A stretch of 64,000 bases of DNA from Macrostomum lignano (taxonomy: Eukaryota). Of this stretch, positions 34,201-43,446 are shown one piece after another. The number at the start of each line of letters is the position of its first letter. Position 1 is the stretch's first letter. The notes beneath the pieces are model-generated. The model saw nothing but the letters and a program-made list of their open reading frames with translations, ran no database searches and was not told where the DNA came from. The position numbers and the translations under genes are program-made. The stretch is from NCBI GenBank assembly GCA_002269645.1, contig NIVC01000201.1, positions 62,001 through 126,000 of the forward strand, in the 5' to 3' direction.

Positions 34201-34260
34201 TGCGATAGAGACTGCCAGCTGAAGCACTGGAAGGTCCACAAGAAGCAGTGTGTTAATTGA
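31216..34260 (+). CDS. 1014-aa HEPN-like/TPR/Sel1/MYND protein (copy 2)
   Basis: Uninterrupted ORF, colinear with copy 1, same length and no indels; roughly 92-93% aa identity by eye. Confidence 0.95.
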   Translation: MESANVANAKAAAKIQFAVSLLGDGLHSVLHRHFGLKNQLDFNESLKMMSGKVNESFPDLEPQNRQLLQRLLERAKAIRDRHSRQDFDVYRSEHDLECLLKLASLMGLSESQQEIANFAGVSIGDWEKLKSEGNGHYKKGRWLEAMTCYTKAIQSNTNVAVLYLNRALCEINLRRFDLAREDAEDAIGLDPSQSKFYRILSEALYKLRLHQPALDACQTGLRIDSTDETLLLREQLCTALVLDSQQDVGAEGSSQTQSSDLYKKLRDCQVESTSDISPDEVHPIDSTILQSISELDKAHQILQSGRGDINEEQKAFEIFESVAKQGSAQGLYNMAIMYKDGNAGLARDPAKHFQLCLQAAEQKPYLSAMDDVFLNIGVAEAENALGVAYRDGMAVDKDDKLAFKWFLKSARHGYASAMSNLGLAFYNGAGCERSPTSARWWLQKAADLGQSEAQLKLAGMLIEGEGGPADSEKAVELLKSAADQGLPGALEALQQQMRRGAMKAKRMNSARKIVEEKAAANDKEALFLLGKNYLQGEGGFEQDFELAEMYLRKASDLNHERAFPAVGKLLLQLGKEKDAAFFLRKAAESGDAEAQWLFGCMLSLGQGCENNPTEARRWLLRSKKDSQKEVEELLKASSQILLFEAARGLSKNGLSQDERFARYVESFASSHKSKEAFRDLFQYFKQTMGVSLHPAGSNHMSTMRTSEQLMAKKAAQGSKTAQKYFIGFDLLDQMRSALDNNNGPEAFRLYRLADRTWQPLIIYNSTWKKLFDAATAAFEKNPKDSEAYFVIINYCSVKKLSNVAELLRMALACTNLNPNVADYYNYLGNMYGFNGDGISALRAFERALELDWEPHWLYDKASAVRHHQRLSDRRRVIEAYEEYISANEKDDRHIPEACYCIAFEYLGFEDMTMAREYFRRGLQAESPEVRLPCFEPVNDCPPKEMLQKVFLLYDLENSGPLNSQLPSESSSGDRCSSCGKRNASQRCSRCKKAFYCDRDCQLKHWKVHKKQCVN

Positions 34261-37200
34261 GCACCGCGAATCTGCCTCTGTTTAAAGTGATTAGCAATTT
34301 TGGAAATGACAAAAATGTAAAGTCGTGGCGTTAATTTATACATTATTACTTGTTTGAATAAGTTTTTCAACTAGGTGGTTAAAAATAGAGTTTAAAAAGA
34401 ATTGAGTGCCACAAACAGATAGCCGACTCTAAACCTACGAGCGCGTAACCTCAACTCCAACCAGAAATCCGAAACCAAAGCTTAATATTATCGTCCAATT
34501 GCAGCAGTTAATTTTCGTGCTCCCTGAAAAATCAGTATGACTTAAAGGTGTAACTTTATGTTAGCCTACGCTCGTATAACTATCTAGACGACCTATTTTT
34601 CCGTCATCTCGTGCCAAGTTGAACCATATATATTTTCATTTTGATGGGACAAAGGCAAAAAGCAAATTAAAACTAAACCAAAACAAATTCAATTAAAACA
34701 AAACTAGCTCGTAAATACAAATCACTGTAATTTCAAATGAGGCAAATTTTTCATGTCTCGGATAGAGGAGCTTTAGCTTTCCAAAAAAATTGTTGCTGGG
34801 TGGTCTTTGAAAAATACGAGATTCAAGATTCAATGCAAACAATCGAGCACAAAGGATCAAAGCGTGTCCTGGTGTATGCCCTCATGGGTACTGACGATAC
34901 CGTACAACTTGGCTGTGTCACTCCTCACAATTTTTCAACGTAATGTAAATTCAGGATGCCCAACTTCAGATCAAGTCCATCGATAAATTTTTCACGCTTC
35001 AATTGCCTCTGTGAGACATGCAGTTATTGATTGCAAAATTGTAACAGCTGTGGAAGCCAGAATATAATGTTTATCATTAATGCACGGCTCTAAAAATTAA
35101 TTTTAAACGTGTGAATACACTTTACAATTCAATTTTGTTTTTCTTCAGTGTACTGATCGGTTTCGTTCCTTATCGGTTTTTTTGGTAAGGTGTTAAACTC
35201 GTATTGTGGCCTTACTAGATGCTTCCAGTTCTATTAAAATATTACAATATCTCCATAGTTACTACCAGCAATCGTACTTTTGATTATAATAAAGTTACAT
35301 GGTGTCAAAAAAACTTTGGGATCAAAATTTTTAATGCTTTTCTTTGAACTAAAGTTTATTTGCAACAGGTCACGAACTTATTTGTATCGTACTTGAAATT
35401 CACCAGTGACGACTGGGACTTAAGCGATTTAAATTTTGCTAAATACAATTAAACTTAAATCCAAATTCGAACTATTTTTACATTTTTTGAACTTATAAAC
35501 TAAAAAATGTGGGTGTCTCTGCTTCTTTATTACTGTTTATATATTCCGTGGTTGTTTCTCACAATCTTTATCCGATCCAGAACCCGACGTTAAAGGTGCC
35601 GATGACGTCAGGATGATAACGGAATGCTTGTGAGACTAGCTAGTTGAGGGTGCACATCCTGCAAAATTCAAGTGTCCATAGGTGCCTCTTTTGCTAGTAA
35701 AGACTTGATAAGTGTGCCAGTGCCAACAAATTGCCTTGATGAGCTAATACTTTTAAACGAATCTAGTGTATTTAAAAGTATTAAGGCAACTTATGGCCAT
35801 TCTAGAGCAAATGCGAGGCATATAATTTGCAAAGATTTGTGTTTGGTCTATCATTTGCCTTACAAGTTTCTGTAGGATTGCGAAATTAATCGAGGCGTAA
35901 AACGCGGTGGTTCGTTTACTTTAGCTCGTAGTTTTGCTTTGATTGTTTTCCGTGTGGAAAAGAAGAGAGAGAGGGAGAGAGGGAGAGTTTTGAATAATTG
36001 CGTGTTACGGTGCTGTATATTTACCCGCTGGGAAAATTGCAGGCGGGAGCATACTACGTGTAGCGGTCGGCGTAGCAGCTGGGCCGCGGGCGGCATGCGC
36101 CGAGGAATGCTGTCGGGCCGACTGCTACGTCTAGCAGAAAATCGCAGACCGGCCGAAGCCTAGCTGCTTTCTCTAGCCGCCTACTTTTAAGTGCACTATA
36201 AGAAGTATAGCAATTGCTGCTTTCCCTAGCTGCAGCTCCTTGGGTTTTATATTATACTACAATCAGTTTTAACCAAGTGAATTTAAAAACCAATTACGTA
36301 TCACAACTGAATCGCTCCTTATACTTTTTCTTTTACTACTGAGAAGAAAGGAAACTCGATAATTAAAAAAGGAAAAACAACAATTTCTCCTCAAAAATTT
36401 ATCAATCAGGTGCCTCTGCTTTTTCACAATTGGTTGAATTATTTGAATCCAGTGCATTGAAAACCATCGCATAAGGTACGACGCGTGGTTTATTTATTAT
36501 CAACTTTTAGCTATGTAATTTCCGATATTAGGCAAGCTACATAAACAATTTGATGATTCGCAGAACAATGCCAAAAGACTACTAGATGAAAGAAACAGGA
36601 AAAACAAGTCCAACAGAGATGCAACAGTCACTAGGGGCGTAGGGAGGGGGGTTCAAGGGATGTACCTCCCGAAAAGTCATGGCACATTTCCACAGTCTCG
36701 TCAGCAGCTTCCACATCGTCTACATCATCGCAGGAGTAGTAGCTGCTGCTGTCCGAAGTTTCGTCGTCCGAATCAGTCACTTCAACGCCCATGGCTGGTA
36801 AGCAGTCATATGGTATCCACTACCTCTGCGATCGTGGGTGCCATGTCGGTGACAGTGACCAGTGTCCGTGGCTTCGGCGTTGGTATCACCCATAGCACTG
36901 GTCTCAGATGTGGCTTGGACATCCTCGAGCGTAGCCCTCAGCAAAGCACTTCGCTATGTCGCTTAGCTTGACTTTACGATGCCATTTGCTGGAATTAAAG
37001 GGATAGCATACAGTTACTTTATAGTTCGGTATAGAAAAGCTAACCTGTAACACATGGTTTGTTATAAAGCCTTTAATATAAACATATTAGTAGAAATCTC
37101 TTTAAAACTCTAAACTGAAGAAGTAAATTAACCAGCAAATGAGTTGCTTGATAGTGTCAATGCTGACAAAAGATCAGTTAAATGATGCATACACATTAAC

Positions 37201-37662
37201 AAAATTAGCTAAAATTAGCAAAAATACAACGAATAAGATGTTTACAAGACAGAGTAAAAATTGTAGCACTATGTACATATACAAAGACAAGCAGACAATT
37301 AATGAAGTGTCTATTTGTGAAAGAAGTGAAAGAAAAAAAATTAATTATTACTAAATATAACATATCAACCAATTATTTTGCAAAGATTACAATTAAACAA
37401 TATATAAAGCAAAACTAGAGAATCATTTCATAATTAGCCTTTGCCTTTAGTTTAGATTTTAATTAGCTAATCATTTGGAAGCCAAAGGCCTGCACCGCAG
37501 GCCATACCGAAATGGGCCAAAAACCCAGAGATTGAAAATTGTCTATGGCATCAAAAACCATCTCCCAATCACTAAAGCAAGTGCCCAGTATGGCCTGCTG
37601 TGCAGGTCATGACTGATTTAAAGAAGTCCATTATGCATTTCCATTATGCCTTCACTCAAATG

Positions 37663-38260
37663 TTAAAGGTGAAAAGGTCCATAAGGTATTCCCGAGGCCT
37701 TTCTGTCTGCTAGTTTGATAGCGAGTGTCTGCTTGCACTTCATGAAGCCCCTGACCCGGAGCAACCACAAATTTTTCTTGCACTTCTCTCGGACGTCCTT
37801 TCGAACAGTTCCAGTGAGCACGGTCGACGTCTTTTTGTCAAACAAGTAGATGGCCAATCTGTGTGACGTAAATCAACTGTCCGTGTATATGTGGTATGCT
37901 TCACCCAGCAGTTCGCGGCTAAGCTCAACAACGACTCGTTTGCTCATGGAGAGCTCATCGCATTCTTTCATACTTTCGTCTAGATTTTCTGGTAGATCGA
38001 TGCTTAGATTGATGGTCGAAAACCCTCGGAACTCCGGCACCCCGTCGTGGTCAAACGAGTTATCATTTCTAGGGGCTACTTCAACCCATTTTGCAGTCGC
38101 CTCATCTTGGCTCTGATCAGTTTCTGGATCCATGCTTTCCGACTCCGTTTCTGACTAAAAAACCGTCGAGTTATCGCTTGATAAAGCGTCTTCCGAATCG
38201 GAATCGAGTCCCAGTCTGCGCAAGGCGTCACTTTTAGCCACAGAATATAGACAGAATGGC
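37663..38260 (-). pseudogene. piggyBac-family transposase relic
   Basis: Acidic N-terminus (SDSEDALSSD..SETESESMD) followed by KRVVVELSRELLGEAYHIYTDS*FTSHRLAIYLFDKKTSTVLTGTVRK, matching the YxDNxFTS..L...GTVRxNR catalytic segment. Internal stop and large deletion. Confidence 0.8.
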
Positions 38261-38521
38261 CGATCAGCCCTCTCGCAGAAAAATCTGCCGCAAAAAGTAT
38301 TTGCATATTTAGCTACTTTTGTGGTGAAGAAAGATAGTAGCCACTTATACTTACTCGTATGCGGCTCGGAAAGGTTCTGCCATAGACGACTGAGACTGCG
38401 AGTAGCAGCAGCCGATGCCATAGAATATACAGTATATTCTGTGGCAGCGGCTGCTGCTACTGACATTAATAAGGCAGTGATTGGCAGCAACGTAGGCATT
38501 AACAGAGACAACTTTAACATT

Positions 38522-39525
38522 ATGACAGCATCAAGAAGGCAATGCGCTGCTTATGGCTGCCAGAATTACGCAAACAAATGTCCTGCACAAACGAGATTTT
38601 ATCGTTTCACAGCAAACCGTGAAAGGTATGTTCATGTACATGCGTGACTTGCCTGCCATTGCCACACAGTCATTCACTGAAACCTAAGTACTGTAGGTGT
38701 GAAGATTGGGCTCGGCGCATTTTCCGATCAGACCTCTTGGGCAAGAAAAACGAAGCGAGGTGGAAGAACGCTGTCGTGTGCAGCCACCATTTTCCCGACA
38801 GCATGTTCCCCACGTGTGTCCTGACCAGAGACATGAGCCTGGGGTCAGACTGATGCCCACGGCATACCCGACGCTCCAGCTGTACAAAGAAACAGCAGAA
38901 CCTTACCGACGCTCGCGTCCGAGAGTAAGAGTTTCTCCACTTGCGAAGGAGAGGAGGCCGAGAGAAGGTCGCACTGAGGACGATGTGCAGTGTTTTGATG
39001 GAGAACCAGTCATCTCAGCTGCAGATTCGGCGAAATTGAGAGGACGAAAGTGTCTGTCGCGTACAGAGCTTGTCTGTGAGGCTTTCGCTTCGCTACGATA
39101 AGAACGCGGACCAGATCATCGGCTTCGAAGACTGTGGCACGTCCGCTGGGGGTCGAACTGCGACTACTGCTGATGAGTTTGTCGCTGTATGGCTCAAAGG
39201 CACTTGCTCAAGATGGAAGCAGCCGATTGGGCACTATCTCATCCACCACGCACCTGGGGCACTGAGATTCAAACAGATCCTCTCTGAGTCTGTTGCTGCA
39301 GTTAAAAGAATGGGACTCACGCTTTCCGGCATCGTGTGTGACCAGGAGTCTACTCAGTGGCATTGCTTGCGACAGTTAGGGGCGAATCCTGATCGCCCTT
39401 CCGTGTGCATCGAAGTAGACGGAGTTCAGTCACTGATTCCAGCTTTCATCGATGTTCCTCATTGCTTAAAGAACATGCGAAATGCTCTGCATAAGCATTG
39501 CATTGAATTTGATTATAGCGGCACT
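38522..39525 (+). pseudogene. P-element/THAP9-type transposase relic (THAP domain plus N-terminal part of the catalytic domain)
   Basis: CAAYGC..FYRF..(intron about 38627-38697)..W..VCSHHF..PTAYPT is a THAP C2CH domain. LRYDKNADQIIGFEDCG..WKQPIGHY..IVCDQ..FIDVPHCLKNMRN matches P-element transposase. Frameshifted and 3'-truncated. Confidence 0.85.
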
Positions 39526-40077
39526 GGACTGGAGCAGCGAATACAAATTGGAGTAAATTGGTGAATTGTTAATAATATTAATTAAAATGTTTCAAATATG
39601 TTATTTGTTTCAAATAAATGGTTGGTGACAACGTCTACGGTTTTATTCCAATTTGGGCACTGCCAAACCTGTTAATTTTAAATTCTGAAGCAGTATCTAA
39701 GTTTATAGAATCATACGCAGAGTCTACATATATTATAAATATATATATATGCATATCGAATTTTCATAACTACTGCTCCGCTTCACCACAAAAGTAGTTT
39801 GTTTGCATATTAATTTCCAAACATCCCGCGACAGCCGATCGGGCATTCTGTCTATATTCTGTGCTTTTAGCTGTCCTTTTCGGTCGCGTAGAAGCCATTT
39901 CAATTTGTGGGTAGGAAGGTTTGAACAGGAGCTAGCTGAAAAACTATGTGGTATACTTTACTTCTGGGCTTCTAGGCTGTGCACTCGATTCAGCAAAAAA
40001 GACGAATTTGTTTATGGACTGCTCTGCAGGCCTTTGGGCTTTTAAGCCATCTTACAGAACCAAGCTTGGGCGCGAAG

Positions 40078-40262
40078 CCGGAATCGTCTCGCCGGGAGCG
40101 AGCGCCGCAGGCTTGAGTCTGTCCACTGCCACTTGATCCTGCCGCGTGCCCAGGTCGAGGCGGAAGGTCTTGGCTCCGCGCTCAAGGACCTTGAAGGGCC
40201 CGAAGTACGGCCGCTGGATGGCTGGTGGCCGTCGCGGCGGATGAAGACGTGCGTGCAGGACT
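40078..40262 (-). pseudogene. Gypsy LTR-retrotransposon integrase C-terminal (GPY/F) fragment
   Basis: Translates as THVFIRRDGH..(frameshift)..QRPYFGPFKVLERGAKTFRLDLGTRQDQVAVDRLKPA. Confidence 0.8.
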
Positions 40263-41462
40263 CACTGTTCCCTTCTCTCTAATCTTTTCTCCCCTTTTCT
40301 CTCCTCTCCCTGCTCCTCTCTTTTCTCGATCCTCTCTCCTCTCCTCTCCTATTTCATATATTCTATTCTCTCTTCTCGTGCCCTCACTTTTTGCCTCGCC
40401 TCGCCAATTCCTCCTCGTCTTTCCTTTCTCCAATCTCTAATCTCTCCTCTCTCTCTTCTATTCTCTCTACTCTTTCTTCTCCTCTAGCCGCAGTCATGCT
40501 CTGGGTTCGCTGGATTCTTTGAGATAAAAAGTTTGCACATTGATGAAAGTGCGCACCATCAGAATCACGATTTGCTCTGAGAAGTACAAATAATCGTCCG
40601 AATCAAAGAGTTGCTGTGTTCAACACACTTGGCTTGACTCAAGTGAAGAAAGCACAGTGTTATTCAATGCACTGAATCAACCCTATAGGTTGGCTGCACT
40701 TATATGAACCAACCTTCAAATTTCCACCTGGGAATTGTTTTCAATAACATGTGCCATGGCCAGCCCAGCAGTTTACGGCATCGCGGGTGATCAAGCTCAA
40801 CAATACAGAGGAATTAAAGCAGCAATATAAGAAATATTTCATCATGATAACTCCCAGAACAATGACAGGTAGGTCCAACACTTGGGTTTTAGGGTGCCAG
40901 GGTTCTGGGTTGCTTTTGCAATGAGCGGACGGAGACAACCAACTTTATTGGAGTTGTAGAATGTAGCATGAAGCTGCGAATTTAGTGCTCTAGTTGAGCA
41001 GCTCACAACGAGCACCAACTGGAGTAGTGTTGACACTTTCTCTCTTTCTCTGTTGAGTGTAGAACCGCATCCTTTTGTCAAACACTAACTGGTTACAAAG
41101 CTACCTGTTTTGCTGGTTTGCTCACGTGCTTAAACTTCTCACAAAATTCCTGCCAGCAACCCACTTTGAATCTCAATTAAGTGCTCCAACTTAAAGAGAT
41201 TTTGTTTGACAAAAGCGAACGCGAAGTTGGAGAGAAAAACAGCTCAGGCTGACTCGCACTACACAATGGGAGTTATTTACCAAAATGATGGGTTAAAAAT
41301 GCATAAAAAGAGCCAAGTCATTCCCAAGTAAGCTTATTTTGAAAGTTTTGTCTCGAGCACGTTAATCTACTCGTAGAAGCGAAGAGTTTTCAATACCCAT
41401 CCACTTCTGAGGCATCTGCTATGCGGGTCATTCAGCCAGCCGGAGTTCCACGAGGTTCCTTG

Positions 41463-42435
41463 ATGCTGCTCGTCGCAGTCTAGCTGCTTTTTTAACTTGT
41501 CGCCGCCTCGCCCTCGAGACAATGGTGGTCGAGTCTCGAGAGCCTCTCCGACTACGAGGCCGTGAGGTCGCACTCGGCTCAAAATGAGGTCGACTGCATT
41601 ATCGCTGCTAGCAGCACCGACTCCGCTGTGCAGCTGGTGGAGTTCAACGCCAGCTCCGGCCTGTGCGCTCACTTCAGGTGTCGCCTGGGCCTGAGCCACT
41701 GCAGGAAGTGCCGCAATGCGAACAAAGGAGCTCAGCGAGTGTGGGTGAGTCACTCCGTTAGACTTGTCAAGCTTTACGACCGATGTTACGAAAAGCTGAC
41801 ACACCTGTTGTGTCACCTTGCAGACCGTCAGCAGTGACTGCTGGACCACCGTGCAGCACAGGGTGTCCGGCTCAGTGGACTTTTACCGCAACTGGACTCA
41901 GTACCAGAGCGAGTTCGGCGAGGGACCCGACGGAAACTACTGGATCGGTGAGTGGGAGCTTGAAAGATTTTATGTAGATACACGACCAAGATGCTGCGCG
42001 GGACATCTCTCTTATGCCATGGCCTCCTCAATTCACAGGCCTGAATTCGCTTCACTCGCTCACTTCGTCGGGCAACCGGAAGCTGAGAATCTTGATGAAG
42101 GTCTGGAATGTATCGGAAAGCTGGGCCGAGTACTCCAGCTTCTCCGTGGGCGCTACTCCGGCAGCGACGGCATCGGCGACAGCCTGTCCTACTCTTCCGG
42201 CAGCCAGTTCAGCACGAAGGACGCCGATCACGGCGACTATTCAAGCAGCTGCGCCGAGCGCTATGCCGGGGGCTGGTGGTTCCGAGTCTGCTACAGCACG
42301 CACCCGAACGGGGTGTACAAGAATTTCACTGACGCCATCGGTGGTCCGTTTGGTCACGGCATCATTTGGAAATACCACTACGGATTCTACTACTCGCTGA
42401 TGGAGTTCGAAATGCTGATTATCGGACAGGTGTGA
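41463..42435 (+). pseudogene. Secreted fibrinogen-related (FReD) gene with a Cys-rich PAN-like first exon, frame-disrupted (copy 2)
   Basis: Exons 41463-41744, 41824-41947 and 42039-42435 with phase-compatible GT-AG junctions. FReD motifs [35 protein letters not shown] and [17 protein letters not shown]. The signal-peptide region has two in-frame stops, and there is a frameshifting deletion at about 42154. Confidence 0.85.
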
Positions 42436-42587
42436 AACCAAAAGTTACGTCGAACACGAATGACTGTGATAGTTGGTGTGAAATTTTTCTGTTTGCCAAA
42501 AGAAGGAATTAAAATCATCCAGAACGACTTCGTGATGAAAATCAACGCGTTTGGTGTGCAGCAGGATGCTCCTCTTCATTTTTCGCT

Positions 42588-43182
42588 TAAACTGAAAATC
42601 TGGCACATGCTTTGCTCAAACTGAGGATCTGGGAGATGCTTTGAACTCAAACTGAGGATCTGGGAGATGCTTTGCTCAAACTGAGGATCTGGGAGATGCT
42701 TTGCTCAAACTGAGGATCTGGGAGATGCTTTGCTCAAACTGAGGATCTGGGAGATGCTTTGAACTCAAACTGAGGATCTGGGAGATGCTTTGCTCAAACT
42801 GAGGATCTGGGAGATGCTTTGCTCAAACTGAGGATCTGGGAGATGCTTTGCTCAAACTGAGGATCTAGGAGATGCTTTGCTCAAACTGAGGATCTGGGAG
42901 ATGCATTGCTCAAACTGAGGATCTAGGAGATGCTTTGCTCAAACTGAGGATCTGGGAGATGCATTGCTCAAACTGAGGATCTAGGAGATGCTTTGCTCAA
43001 ACTGAGGATCTGGGAGATGCATTGCTCAAACTGAGGATCTAGGAGATGCTTTGCTCAAACTGGGGATCTAGGAGATGCTTTGAACTCAAACTGGGGATCT
43101 GGGAGATGCTTTGCTCAAACTTGGATTTGGGAGATGCTTTGCTCAAACTGGGGATCTGGGAGATGCTTTGCTCAAACTGAGG
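42588..43182. repeat. Short copy of the 29-31 bp satellite
   Basis: Same unit and same flanks as 18457-26086. Confidence 0.97.
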
Positions 43183-43446
43183 GTCAAACCCGACTCAAAA
43201 TACGTACTTTGACCACAGCAACCAAGCACTTCCTTCTTGATGGAAAAGTTTTGAAGAAAAAGTTTTATTTTTCACAAGTTTGAAAGCTGTATTAAAAAAA
43301 TAAAACTCGTACAAACGAGAAGAAAAGATTAATTTTATATTTTTCTGTTGTTGTAGCATTTTCTGCATGCACTGTAGGCACCTGACAGTAATGGTAAGTA
43401 AGATCACACACTGGCCTTAAACAAAGAATGACGGAAGCAACGCCAG

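Noticed and set aside
36057-36131. GC-rich imperfect hairpin (ACGTGTAGCGGTCGGC / GCCGACTGCTACGT)
   Set aside because: Single occurrence with no RNA-family signature; could be chance in GC-rich DNA.
36690-36990. Minus-strand coding-like fragment (KWHRKVKLSDIAKCFAEGYARG; acidic tail) after a possible acceptor
   Set aside because: Frames are broken and I cannot assign it to any family; possibly a decayed transposon exon.
40500-40870. Possible decayed plus-strand exon upstream of the FReD gene
   Set aside because: Multiple stops in all frames and no recognisable motif.
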